Source of the DNA: Octopus sinensis
Taxonomy: Eukaryota
NCBI RefSeq assembly: GCF_006345805.1
Contig: NC_042998.1
Location: 130,448,001 to 130,512,000 of the forward strand
Direction: 5' to 3'
Length of the DNA: 64,000 bases
Part shown: positions 27,030 through 39,940 of the stretch, piece by piece
Layout of the letters: every line of letters starts with the position of its first letter
How positions within the stretch are numbered: position 1 is the first letter of the stretch
The notes under the pieces: generated by a model
Database searches by the model: none
What the model saw: the letters and a program-made list of their open reading frames with translations, nothing else
What the model was told of the DNA's origin: nothing
Made by a program: the position numbers and the translations under genes

Positions 27030-28478
27030 TAACACTGATTGTGAGGAAAGCAAATGTTGGGTATGTATTCAAAAGCTGCCAACAAAAGGTCAACCATTTG
27101 TTATTCACGAATGACCTCAAACTTTATGATAAAGATGAAGCCCAAGTCGGTTACCTCGTGATACGGTGTATACTTTCAGTGCTAATATCACAATGGAGTT
27201 CAGACTGAGAAAGTGTGGTGTGTTAGGTTTGAAGAGAAGCAAAATCAAATGTATAGACGGTCTAACGACAACGTCGGGGGCAGTTATGAAGGAGATAGAA
27301 GATACGAGCTATAAGTACTTGTGAATATTGGAAATGGATAAATTGATGAAGAAAGAAATGACAGAAATATTCAAGATGGAAACTTGAGCACAGTGAGACT
27401 GATCCTTAAGTCAAAATTAAAAGGACGGAATAAGATTGAAGCTATCAACACCTGGGCGGTTTGACTCATTAGATATGGAGCAGGGGTAATTGCATGGACA
27501 GTAGACGAACTAAACAGTTTAGACAGAAAGACAAGGAAGTTGCTAACTAGATATGGGCCACTCCACCCGAAAAGTGACACAGACAGACTGAATGTACCAA
27601 GAAACAGGTGGGGACGAGGACATATTGGATGTGAACGCATCATTAGAGCAGAAGACAACATAGCATGGTATGTGAAAATGCCACAGAACTGCCATTATTT
27701 GAAATAAGAACGTCAGGCTTGTGTAGGATGAAAGATTGCAGGATGAAAGAAAAAAAAATGGCTGTGGATGACTAAAACCGGAAACGGAGGCTCTAATCTG
27801 TGCTGCCCAAGAGCAAGCCCTTAAAACAAACTACATAAAATACAGTGTAGACAACACATCAGAAAGTGATAAGTGCAGAATCTGTAGACAAAATGGTGAA
27901 ACCTTATGGCATACTACCAGCCAATGTACGCCACTAGCTCAGAAGGAATATGAGACGCCATGACAATATAGCAAGGCTTGTCCACTGGACACTTTCCAAC
28001 AAGAGAAAATATTGGTACGACTACAAACCCGAAGGCATCATCGAAATTGATAATGCAAATATCCTGTGGGATTTTATAATTCAGTGCAATCATGAGATAG
28101 AGAATAGGAACCCAGATGTAGTCTTAATTGAGGAAGAAAACACTATACTGGCTTAACAAGGTATGCGATAAGGAAGAAACAAAAATCGAGAGATATGACA
28201 TGTTAGCTTGAGAGGTTAAGCAGTTGTGGTCAATGAAAAAGGTGATAGTAGTACCAGTAGTTGTCGGAGCCCTGGGAAGAGTGAGTAAAAATCTTGAGAA
28301 GTACATGGAACAAATAGGGGCTGCAATAGGGATGGAGCACTTGCAGAAAATAGCACTGCTTGGAACCGCTCGAATACGCCGGAAGGTGCTCGAAAAATAA
28401 GAGGTGTTACATTAGTTCACTGGTAATGATCAGCTGACACCGTTGTACATCTGCAGCGTTAGAAGCTGTGCAAAGGCA

Positions 28479-28480
<2 letters not shown>
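27030..28480 (+). mobile_element. 5'-truncated, decayed R4/Dong element
   Basis: KVNHLLFTNDLKLY, AINTWAV..RYGAG, CAAQEQALKTN, CRIC, RRHDNIARLVHW, ILWDF..NRNPDVVLI, VPVVVGALG; (AAT)n on both flanks. Confidence 0.9.
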
Positions 28481-29025
<545 letters not shown>

Positions 29026-29030
29026 GAAGA

Positions 29031-31345
29031 AGAAAGTTGGGAAAATGTGGCTCCTGATGCCAATCAAGTTAAGGAGTTCTGGAGCGGATTATGGGTCAAT
29101 GTGGTGCATAAACGGGATGCAATGTAGTTAGGAACTATCAAGACAGAATTACATGAAGGAAAGAAACAGAGGAATATTGTCATAAGTACGGATGAATGTG
29201 TCCAGAGAGGTACAGTCCCCGCGTGGATGGTGAGTGGGAGGACAACACTTGTAATGAAAGATAGAAGAAAGGGGAAGATTGTGGGAAACTACCGTCCCAT
29301 ACCATGCCTAAACATAATCTTGAAGATACTCATTGGAATATGTGCGGCAGACATACACTTTCCTCGCACATTTTGAAATACTACCAATGTAACAAAAAGG
29401 ATGTAGGAGGAGCTCTCTGGGTACCAAGGATCACCTGGTCATCAACAAAAAAGTTTTGGGGCATTGTAAAAAACATCGAACAAGCATATCTATGGCTTGG
29501 ATTGACTTTAAGAAGGCATAAGATATGATGCCTCGTTCTTGGATCGTTGAATGCCTGCAGATGTTCGATGTTGCTGACAACATGACAAATTTTCTGATGC
29601 ATAGCATGACAGATTAGAAAGCCTTATTGTACTCATGTAATGTATTCCTTGGAGAAGTTAATATTAAAAGAGGAATCTTCCAGGGTGACTCGTTTTTCCC
29701 GTTACTTTTTGTAATTGCACTAATACCCATAACAATGACACTTGGAAAAGTTAAGATGGGTTACAGATGAGGGAAGAAAGGCCCATCATTGAACCATCTT
29801 CTGTTTACAGATTACCTGAAATTGTTTGGGAAATCGGAAAAACATATTCCTTAACCAAAATTGTCCAGAAGTGTGGTAGAGACATCGGTATGGAATTTAG
29901 GATTACCAAATGCTCAGTATTTAATATAAAAGGGGGGAAGAAAGCAGCCTGCAGCGGATTGTGGTTATGATCAGATAGACCATGAATGAACTAGACGGTA
30001 GTGGGTATAGATATTTAGGGATTTTGGAGCTGGATAACATTCTACACAGACGTAACAAAAAAGAATGAAGATTGAAATCCAACCTGAATGCTAAAAATTT
30101 CATTACTGCAATGAATATCTGGGCAGTTGCAGTGGTCATAAATAGTGTGTCAATCCTCAAATGGACTAAGGCGGAAATGCCAACACTGAATAGAAGGACG
30201 AGGAAGTTGATGACGCTGCATGGGTGTTCCACTCTAAAACGAACATAAACAGACTTTATATGAAAAGAAAGAATGGTAGCAGAGGACTAATTAGTATAGA
30301 CCATTGCATAAGGAGTTAAAAGAGAACGATTACCGAGTATTTTATGAATAGCGATGCCGAGTTTTTATGAATAGCGATGAAGAGCTGTTTCAATACGCTG
30401 TAAATGTAGATGAAATGATGAGCACGGAAGAGTTTAATCAAAGATCTGAGAAGAGGAAAGAAGACCTTCAAATGAGAATGCATGGACACTTTGAAATTAA
30501 TACGCAGGATTTAAAAGATAATATAGCATTGTGGGCATGACTTGAGCGAGGTAATTTGAAGCGTACCATAGAAAACCTGATCGTTGCTGCACAAGACCAG
30601 GCTCTCGCTACCAATTCAGTGAAGTATATCATCTATAAAACTTCTGAAACCCAGAAATGCAGTCTGTGGAAAGAGTCTGGACATTGTGACCGACTTGGTA
30701 AGTGGATGTTAGAGCCTTGCATAAAACGGATACAATCGTTGCTACGATAAAGTGTGTGTGTTCCTTCATTAGCCCTTATGCCGTAAATACCAACATGAAG
30801 TAACAGAGAACTGGTATGAGTAAGTACTGAGTAAAGTTATGCAGGAGGATGGAAAAGTAACGATACTCTGGGACTATGATTTTCAGACGGAGCGTGTAAT
30901 CGAAAACCGTCGGCCGGATGTTGTCATATTGAATAAGAGTGACAAAAAATACTGTCAGATCATTGATGTAGCCATACCAAATGACATGAATGTTGTGAGT
31001 AAAGAGTTTGAAAAGATCACCAAGTACTCCGAATTGAAAGAGGAAATGGCTAGACTCTATGGAACATGAGATGGTAATGTAAAAGTGATACCAGTAGTGT
31101 ATCGGGGCGTTGGGCTCAATCCCATTGAAACTTCAAAACATAAGGCAACTGGAAATCCCATGCAAGATTGATGACTTGCAAAAAGCAGCCCTAATCTTGA
31201 TACGAGATCACAACTTCGCGTACATTTGGCTGTGGTTCGTGTGCCTGGTGTACTCTTATCAGAGGGGTTGTCATGATAAGTATACTGAACTTCATTAATT
31301 TGCAACCTAGTGTCACTCTGATGGCATGCGTTGCTCTCTCACTCA
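29031..31345 (+). mobile_element. 5'-truncated, decayed R4/Dong element of a further family
   Basis: VKEFWSGLW, GNYRPIT, WIDFKKA*DMMP, KRGIFQGDSFFPLLF, AAQDQALATN, ILWDYDFQTERVIENRRPDVVIL..IIDVAIP..EKITKY. Confidence 0.9.
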
Positions 31346-31384
31346 ATAATAATTCTCCTCCCCATCCTCCTCCTCCTCCTCCTC

Positions 31385-31471
<87 letters not shown>

Positions 31472-31490
31472 ATAATAATAATAATAATAA

Positions 31491-31770
31491 CCCTTTCTTT
31501 ATTGGTCACAAGGGCCGAAACAAAAATATATAGGGACAATACAAAAAAAGAGAGAATTGTTTAAAACAGACAACGTGTGAACAATAAAAAAACAAAAACA
31601 GTTAAACGAAAAAAAATTAAAATACAAAATTCCCCAATGTGGGGCGGGTCGCACATTGCCAACCAAGGCACCTAACACATCCTGGTCAACCCGAATGCCA
31701 AGTGCACGCCAGGTAAGCACACCTGTTCCCCCTACAAGCGAATATTCAGAGTAGACCCATTGACACGAGC
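31491..31770 (-). mobile_element. 3' end of a different LINE-like retroelement with (TTA)n tail (clade unresolved, Tx1-like suspected)
   Basis: On the minus strand a frame ends NGSTLNIRL*, followed by a GC-rich then T-rich UTR and tail TTTCGGCCCTTGTGACCAATAAAGAAAGGG(TTA)n. Confidence 0.5.
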
Positions 31771-32545
31771 CAAAGAAACTGTGTCTGATTTTGGTATTTC
31801 TGATTCCTTGTGAACCAGTGTGATACCCTCTAGACTTCTTTAACATGAATGACAAGGGGCTAACAGAAAGTATAAACAACATCAGCGAGAGGTTGTCTCC
31901 TTGGAATATACTTTCGCGATACTGTATTCTACCAGTGATAATACAGTCACTCTTTGTGTTTACTTTCAAGAGGTTAGCCCACGATGGAGTCAGGTCAGCT
32001 ATGGCTTTGACTATTCTCACTGGAACTTTAGTAAGTTGAAGGGCTTCTAGCATCCAATACATCTTGTAATCTAGTCACATTGAAACCAGATTACTCCTAT
32101 GTTCTTGCACCTCTAACATCACTGTTTTGTTGATTAGCAATTGCTTGACACAACCCCAGACTCCCGTCTTCCCAGCTGCTTGTTCTGCTGTGATAATGTT
32201 ATTAGTTTCATAATGGTCTTGGAGGAAGAGGTTTAAACATACTGTATATATTTTATACATAAAGTATTGGCATGCTATTGGTCGGTAGCTTTTTGCCATG
32301 TGGGTGGTTCTGCATTTAGGGATCAATTCTGTCTCTGCCAGAGCTAACCATTGTGGTATGCTACTGTTCCCAATAAAAGTTTGCTGTTACAGATTGATAA
32401 TGTATGGTCCGTAGAATGTTAGCTTCTTGTACCAATATCCAACAATCAAGTCTCTTCCAGGTGCTTTTCCATTTTGGAGTTTCTGGACCACAGTTGTAAG
32501 AGTTTCACCATCAATGTTGTATGTCTTGGATGTAACAATTTGTTG
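31771..32545 (-). mobile_element. Internal R4/Dong RT fragment
   Basis: KAPGRDLIVGYWYKKL, IPQWL..T.LIPK, YRPIAC..MYKIYT, GCVKQLLINK, IFQGDNLSLMLFILSVSPLS. Confidence 0.85.
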
Positions 32546-33014
32546 TACTGCATTTTCACCACACGCAATCAAGTTATTAGTTATGATCCAGCAACATGGT
32601 GCGCCCAACACGTTGAGGTTTAAGAGTATTCAGGAGTCACTTAATGAAACTTTGTCAAACCGGTCGATTAAAAAAGACACTTCAGTTCAGGCAATTCATG
32701 GATTATTTGTTTATATATAAGAGGATATAGAAGATATTTTAACGAGAATATGTAGATCGACAAGGCACAAATGTCTTAACTTTCCTAAGCGATGACCTGC
32801 GGTGATACAAGAGATAGTTATAGTGTTATCCATTAGGATATATACATGAAAAATTATGTAAGATATACAATAATATGCTCAACAAAACGTAACAGAAGAA
32901 AATATATACCTTTGCTATGTTAAGCTATGCTATATATATATATATATATATAAATATTATACAGGCATGTCCATATAACATACATACAAACAGTACATAC
33001 ATAATACATATATA

Positions 33015-33049
<35 letters not shown>

Positions 33050-33125
33050 CATATTTACACAAATACACAGACACACAGGCACACAAACACACACACACAA
33101 ACACACACACACTCAAATATATATA

Positions 33126-34341
33126 CGAGTGTAAGTCAAAAGCTACCCGCACTTTGGTCATAACATATCTTTATTATTGTCACACTGCCTTCTGCGCATG
33201 CGAGCTTATAGTTGGCATTTTGAGGTCACGTGATCAAAGTTTGAGTCTGATCGCGCACCTTTTCTTACTGCCTTTATAGTATAAGTATGACTGCTCCATT
33301 AGCAAAGTGCACGAAAGAAGAACAAACAGCAATGATCTGATTTCTCTGGTCAGTAGGTTTTTCAGGTGCAAAAATTAATCGGAGGCTTTTAGCCCGATAC
33401 GGGCACAGTGCACTATACCGCAGAAGTGTGGTTGAGTGGATCGAGAAGTTTAAAAGTGACTAGACAAACGTGACGCACGTAGAGGGACCAGGACGCCCGT
33501 CAACCTCCACCACTGACGAGAAAATCCAGGTAGCTCGAGAGATGGTAATGGTGAACCGACGAGTTATCACTGATGAGGTAGCTCGTTCTCTGCAGGTTAG
33601 TCATGGTTCTACATTTCAAATCATTCGCGGTGAGCTCGGCTTCCATAACGTCTGTGCAAGATGGATTCCAAAAGAGCCTACTGCAGAGCACAGGTGCAAA
33701 CGTCTTGAGGTCTTCCAACGTTTACTCAATCCCTATAACAATGGAATCGTGGTATCTTTGAGCAGAATAGCCACAGGAGAAATTAAAAAGTCAGTCCCCC
33801 GCAGGAAAGGTGATGCTGACCTACTTTTACGGTTCAAAAGGGACTATACTAGAAGACTACCTGGTAAAGAAGTGTACGATCAACAATACAAGAGACAGTG
33901 CTTTGCTGGCCAACAAACTGAAGCCAGTAATTCGCACCAAACACCGAAGTCTATTGTCGAGGATACTTTTGTTGTTGCATCACAATGCCCGCCCACACAC
34001 GGCCACCCAGATCGTTCAAACCATTAACCAAATAGATTTTCAGGTGCTGGAACACCTTGCATACAACCCAGATCTCGTCTCTTCCAACTATCAGATCTTT
34101 GGAATGTTCAAAGATGGTTTTCAATGTCGTCGGCTTCCTACGAGTCAAGATGTGATGAAAGTAGTACATAAATGCATAAATTGTTGCATAACCAACAGAA
34201 AATCTTCCTCTTGGAGGGAATATGCAAGCATGTGGACCGCTGGACCAAGTGCATCGAAAATAAAAGAGACTATATAGAAAAATGACGCACATGTTTATCT
34301 CGTGAGTTTGTGTAAATATCCTGAGATTTGACTATCCCTCG
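33126..34341 (+). mobile_element. mariner (DD34D-type) transposon, decayed, with internal deletion
   Basis: TA-flanked TIRs CGAGTGTAAGTCAAA / CGAGGGATAGTCAAA; GRPST, VCARWIPKE, LHHNARPH, AYNPDLVSSNY (34-residue spacing, D2 and D3 mutated); deletion after ATGE. Confidence 0.9.
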
Positions 34342-34375
34342 TATATATGAATACATGTTTACGTGTATATATATA

Positions 34376-34774
34376 TACTCTTTTACTATTTTATTTGTTT
34401 AAGTCATTTGACTGCGGCCATGCTGGAGCACCGCCTTTAATCGAGCAACTCGACCCCGGGACTTATTCTTTTTGTAAGCCCATCACTTATTCTATCGGTC
34501 TCTTTTGCCGAACCGCTAAGTAACGGAGAGATAAACACACCAGCATAGGTTGCCAAGCAATGCTAGGGGGACAAATACAACACACAAACACACACTATAT
34601 ATATATAATATATATATTACATATATACGACAGGCTTCTTTCAGTTTCCGTCTAGCAAATCCACTCACAAGGCATTGGTCGGCCCGGGGCTATAGCAGAA
34701 GACACTTGCCCAAGATGCCACACAGTGGGACTGAACCCGGAACCATGTGATTGGTAGCAAGCTACTTACCACAC
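34376..34774 (-). mobile_element. tRNA-derived SINE, family B, near full length, with internal (TA/CA)n
   Basis: Minus-strand head GTGTGGTAAGTAGC..GGTTCCGGGTTCAGTCCC (A/B boxes), CTTGGGCAAGTGTCTT central motif, tail ..GACTTAAACAAATAAAATAGTAAAAGAG; five homologous copies in the window. Confidence 0.85.
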
Positions 34775-34776
34775 CG

Positions 34777-34876
34777 NNNNNNNNNNNNNNNNNNNNNNNN
34801 NNNNNNNNNNNNNNNNNNNNNNNNNNNNNNNNNNNNNNNNNNNNNNNNNNNNNNNNNNNNNNNNNNNNNNNNNNNN
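34777..34876. other. Assembly gap (100 N)
   Basis: Run of exactly 100 N. Confidence 1.
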
Positions 34877-34990
34877 ACCTTCTGAGTTCTTTAACAGCGC
34901 TTAGAAAAACAGTGAAAGTTCGCTGTAGCATGTGTGTCAATCTCAGAGGGGAAATGTGTTGAATAAAATCATAATTAACTGATCCTCCTG
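34877..34990 (+). mobile_element. 3' end of another mariner-like element, cut by the gap
   Basis: KFAVACVSISEGKCVE* resembles the transposase end motif RWxxCVxxxGxYVE; ends TTAACTGATCCTCCTG|TA. Confidence 0.5.
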
Positions 34991-35314
34991 TATTTTTATA
35001 TACATAAAGCAAGGAACTTACAGCACACCACCGTATATAAAGGAAATATGAGCATCTGTGTATATTTAGGAAATATAGGAATATATGAGTATTTGAATGT
35101 ATGAGCGAAAAACTTACTCTCTATATGTAAACACACAAGTGTATTTAGAGCCACACGCGTTGTTTAAACATAGATTTCATAAGCAGCTACTCTGAGATTG
35201 AGAATATTTTCTTTGACATTGCAATCCTCAGCATAGTGGCACCAGAAAAATTGGAGTTGCTACTTATATATTATAATATATTATATATATATATTATATA
35301 ACATATATTATATA

Positions 35315-35500
35315 TAGCGAAGAACAAAAGAAGAAAAAACAAAGCACGTGCTACATTTAAAGTATTAACAGACGCTCAGGGAAGGAAAGAAAGGTAGTTT
35401 TACGTTTCGAGCAAAGCTCCTCTTCAGAAACAGGAACGACCAATAGAAAAGGAAGACGGAGGGGAAAAAATCGCCAACAATTCACATGTGCTTATATTTT
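35315..35500 (-). mobile_element. Solo Penelope-type terminal repeat (family P1) in a TA-rich tract
   Basis: Homologous to 39300-39500; contains a hammerhead motif; no ORF. Confidence 0.65.
35397..35431 (-). ncRNA. Minimal type-I hammerhead ribozyme motif, canonical core
   Basis: Minus strand GTTT CTGAAGA G GAGC TTT GCTC GAAAC GTA AAAC: stem I GTTT/AAAC, stem II GAGC/GCTC, palindromic ACGT stem III, GUA cleavage triplet. Confidence 0.75.
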
Positions 35501-35967
35501 GAAAAAACAAACATGCATATGTATGTTTATATACATACATACACACATACATATAAATATATATATGTACATACATATACATATATATGTGTGTGTGTGT
35601 ACGTATACATATATATAGTAATTTATTTGCCAACATTGCACATGTATATATAAATATATAAAGTATATATGTATGTGTGTGTGATTGTGTGTTTGTATAT
35701 GTATATATTGAGAGAAAATATGTATAATGATATATATTGAGATCTTCGTGTGTATATGTATGCATCTACATAGATGCGTAAGGAAAATTCTATGCTATGC
35801 TTTGGGGAAATCAAGGATGTCTTAGACTTTGTTTCTTCATAGGCGACTATAAAATTTCCTAGAAAATAGAAAAGTTTCGGAAATGTCGATTATTCATAAA
35901 TTTCAGTTTGTTTTTGTTGCAACTTTCATTATGTATTCATTCAGTATTTCGTATATGTGGGTGTATA

Positions 35968-35998
<31 letters not shown>

Positions 35999-36122
35999 AC
36001 ACATATAAATATACATGTATACATAGTGAGAGTTTACCTTAAAAAAAAAGACGAAGACGTGTGTGTAAACAACAAACAGATGTATTACTGTATTAGTTTT
36101 ACGCTCGGGAAGTGATAAAAAT

Positions 36123-36158
36123 CTTTTACATTTCGAGCCTACGCTCTTCAACACAAAA
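36123..36158 (-). ncRNA. Hammerhead-like motif in the 3' pLTR (variant core, decayed)
   Basis: TTT GTGTTGA A GAGC GTAG GCTC GAAA TGTA AAAG. Confidence 0.5.
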
Positions 36159-39100
36159 GAACATACAAATAAACGGGGAGAGAAAATAGAAAAAGGTATA
36201 GCGGCTAGTGATCTATCATGGTGAATGCCGGACAAAGGGGTCTCACAAGACATCTACGAAGAAGGGGAGATAATACAGTAGTGGTGTTAAAGTAGTAGTG
36301 ATCCTAAAATGAATGTGCGCATGCGTTGGTATGTGAGTGCGTGTATGTACGCGTGGAAGGGGGCTGGTGACACTGCTGTGTGCGTGTGTGCATGTGTAGG
36401 TGCTAGGAAGTGGTCAATGTTAGTGTGTGCGGGGTTGTGTGATGGAGTGTGGTGTGGTATTGTGGTGTCGTGGTGCGGTGGTGTGTGGTGTGATACTGTG
36501 TGGTGTGGTGGTGTGGAGTTTTGTCGTGTGGTGTTGGGTTGTGAGGGAGGCGAGAGTGGGAGAAGCAAGGATGGGGTTCTAAGTGATGGGATGTATAGGG
36601 ATGGTGGGTTTGGACCGTGTAGGGGTGGGTAAAAAGGGAGGGGATGACGATGAAGAGAGAGGGTGGGTAAGAGTGAAGAGAGGAAGTAGGTGCCAGAGGT
36701 GTGGTAAGTGTAGGGAAAAGGGAGATGGGTGATGGCGGGGCGGGTGCGGGAGAGAGCGTAGATGCACGGTCCAGGGAACGTGCTCTGGCAAGGGCGGTGG
36801 GGATAGTGGTGAGGAGATATCCATTTACGATGAAGTGGCCAGCTATGAGTTGAGACTGAGTCTCAAAGTCATGGTTGTTACTGCAGAGTCTGCGTAAACG
36901 GAGGAATTGGGAATAGGGGATGGAGAGCTTGGTGTTTTTAGGGTGGGAGGAGGTGAAGTTTAGATATGAGTGTGAGTGTGTGTTTGTAGGTGAGAATGGG
37001 GTGATGAATGCTGACCGAAATGTCGAGAAAGGCGACTGAGGTGTCGGAAATAGTGCACGAGAAGTGGAGGGCAGGATGGAAGGATATATATAACAACAGT
37101 ATAATTCAAGAGTGGGACGAATGAAACTTGAGATTATTTGGGCCTCAACGTAGCCAACGACAGGTTCGCATAGTTGGGTTCCATTCTCGTTTCCATGCCG
37201 ACTCCCGAGAATGGCAAGTAAAAATCACCCGCGAATGAGAAGCAGTGAGAGGACAAGTTCAGGCGGACGAAGGAGTGTGGATGTGTCAGTTTGAGGGTTG
37301 GGCCGAAGGTCAAGGAAATGTTGGAGTGCACGCAGCTCCTCGTGGTGAGGTATCACCGTGCATAGACTCTTGATGTCATGAGTGAAGAGAAGTTTTGGAG
37401 GACACAGTCTGTTGGTAGCTGAGCGTGGAGTTTGAGGGTAGAGGGCAGTACAAGGAGTTGTCTTGAAGCTGGTGGATAGCTTCTGCCTTGTAGAGGTCCG
37501 CGCCCCACACCACCACAGCTCCACCCTTGTCGGCCGGTTTTATGATGAAAGTCCGTGCGGCGTCGGAGACATCGAAGGGCCGAGATGTTCTGATGTCAGG
37601 GATGCTTGGAAAAGTCAAACCATTCCACAGCATGCTGGCAGGCGCCCGCAAAATGATCGATTGCTTGGAACGGGCCAGGAGCCGGCCTGCACTGGAATGT
37701 CGGCGGCCCAGGTCGATGAAGGAGTCCTTCTCATGAGATGCAGGTGGATTGTCACGGAAAAGCGCACACAACCTAATGCAGCGCACAAATTTGTGGATAT
37801 CGGCACGAGTCTGAAATTCGTTGCTGGATGGAGTGAAGGTGATGAAGGGCAGACCGTTACTGAGGAGGGAGCTCTGCGCCTCAGAGAAGGGGAAGATCTG
37901 GAGGAATGGTAACAATAGACTGAATTGGAGAAGGGGTGGATGGGACAGAAGTAAGAGGGATGAGGGTGGAAGGCTTAGAGGGAGGGGATGAGGGGTATGT
38001 GGGTAAGGCTTGGGGGGACGGGTGTTGGTGAGGGTGGGGAAATTATCAGGAGGGAGAGAGGTAGGGGAGGAGTTTGAGTAGTGGCATCGGGTGTGATGTA
38101 ATGCAGGAGTCAGTGAGTGGAGTTTATGTTGTTTGGTGTGAGCGAGAAATTGATGAAAGTAATGACTTAAATGAATTATGTAACGTAAACTAGTGTTAGC
38201 ATGGGAGGGCGACTGTGTATTTTGGAGAGATTAGAACGAATGGCGCCGCGCATAAGGCGGTAGGATGTAATACGCAGTTGGTTGAAGCAGAGTAGAGAGT
38301 GGGGTGGAAATGCGGATAACTTTAGGAATGAGGCGGGGATGAAGGTAGCGACTGAGAAAGGAATGGTGACTACAGAAGCGTGTTGTTTTGAAAATTAGTA
38401 GGGAAAGTTTAATAGAAGGTTGAGCGCAACTGAAAGGGACTGTGGAAAGTAGACATTTTAGGCGGTGATGAAGGTGGAGGAGGAAAGATTTGTAATCGGG
38501 AATGATTGACAAACGAGAAGAAAAGAGAGAGAAAGGAGAAAAAGGAAAAAGAGGGTGAGAGAGAAATCCAATAAAGACGTGAGGAGGAAAAAATTAAAAG
38601 GTGTGGGGAGAATAAATACAAAAGGCGTGAAGAGAAAAATGCAAATGGCGTGACGAGAAAAATACAAGAGGTGGGAGGAGAAGAAAAATAGAAACAAGGA
38701 TAGAAGGAAGAAAAAGGTAGAAACCGGGAGAAAGGGGAAGAAAGGGAGAAGAGAAAACAAAAGGGAAAAAGAAAGGGAGGGTGAGAGAAGCAATGTAACA
38801 AGTGTGGATTGAGAGAAAAGACAATGGAAAAAACAGAAAATACGAAAGGGCTTAGAAACGTTCAAGAGGTTCAGACGTCGTGGTGTATTGGAGCGATTTC
38901 TCTTCAAAGGAAGAGTCTAGTTTCATCCATGGGTAAGAGAGGTGCAGCCGAAATGTAGGAGTCCATGTGTTGGAGGGTAGAAGAAAGTCCAGATAGAGAA
39001 TCCAGGTAGAATAGTCCTAGAAAAGTTCGAAGTGGAGGTGGAGATAGGATAAAACTTACGCGACTACGTGAGCATGTGATGTATAGTGAGAATTTACAAA

Positions 39101-39190
39101 CAAACAAACAAGAAAAAACAACAAAAGACGAATACGGTTGTGTAAACAACAAAGAGATGTAATTGGTTAACACTTGGGAAGTGAGAAAGT

Positions 39191-39225
39191 CTTTTCCGTT
39201 TCAAGCCTACGCTCTTCAACAGAGG
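39191..39225 (-). ncRNA. Hammerhead-like motif in the 5' pLTR (variant core CUGUUGA)
   Basis: CCT CTGTTGA A GAGC GTAG GCTT GAAAC GGA AAAG. Confidence 0.5.
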
Positions 39226-39299
39226 AACACAGAAATAAACAGAGAGAAAATAGAAGGTATAGTGGCTATACATATATATATATATAAATATATATATAT

Positions 39300-39502
39300 A
39301 AAGTTAATCTAAACATGAAAACACAACAACGCGAGTACGTGGAAGAAATATAGTATTATTGGACGCTCAGGAAGGAAGGGAAGAAGGAGGGTTTAACGTT
39401 ACGAGCGGAGCTCTTCGTCAGAAACATAGGAAAAGGAAAGATCCAGAGAAGGGAAGACGGAGGAAAAAATTGCCAACGGTACACACGCGGTAACATTTTG
39501 AA
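39300..39502 (-). mobile_element. Solo Penelope-type terminal repeat (family P1) between (TA)n tracts
   Basis: Homologous to 35315-35500 (GACGCTCAGG.., GGAAGACGGAGG..AAAAT(T/C)GCCAAC). Confidence 0.65.
39391..39425 (-). ncRNA. Minimal hammerhead motif with one core mutation
   Basis: GTTT CTGACGA A GAGC TCC GCTC GTAAC GTT AAAC (GAAA changed to GTAA). Confidence 0.6.
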
Positions 39503-39632
39503 TATATATATAAGAATTTTTTACGTAATGAGATAAAAAAAACCAAGGCTGTGTAGATATTAGAACATTTGTAGATAGAAGGTCTTACAGCTGTTTTGAG
39601 GATATTTATTAATTATATCCATTCATATATAT

Positions 39633-39677
<45 letters not shown>

Positions 39678-39744
39678 TACATATATACTTGCATCCATAC
39701 ATAAATACATAGATAGACATTTATACATATATTCTTTGATTATT

Positions 39745-39940
39745 TTATTCTTTTACTTGTTTCAGTAACTTAACTAAAGTCATGCTGCAGCACTGTCTTT
39801 AGTCAAACAAATCGTCCCCAAGACTTATTCTTTGTAAGCATAATACTTATGTTATCGGGCTCTTATGCCAGACCGCAAAGTTACAGGGAAATAAACACAC
39901 CTACAGCGGCTTCAAGTGATGGTGTGGATGGGATAAAAAC
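39745..39940 (-). mobile_element. SINE family B, 3' half, diverged
   Basis: CTTTTACTTGTTTCAGT..CATGCTGCAGCAC..ACTTATTCTTTGTAAGC matches the other copies. Confidence 0.75.

Larger units (their letters stand above)
36024..39270 (-). mobile_element. Penelope-like element (Neptune-type RT) bounded by direct-repeat pLTRs
   Basis: ~190-bp direct repeats at 36024-36208 and 39083-39269; coding fragments RFCSHHSFLSRY..LIPK, LLSNGLPF, IIKPADKGGAVVVW..LY, DIKSLCTVIPH, GVGMETRMEPNYANL, VAFLDISV, HSYLNFTSSHP..SIPYSQFLRLRRLCS; the YIDD region is deleted. Confidence 0.85.

Noticed and set aside
38409-38907. Phe/Leu/Ser-rich ORFs that look like membrane proteins
   Set aside because: Polypyrimidine low-complexity 5' region of the Penelope-like element, open in all three frames.
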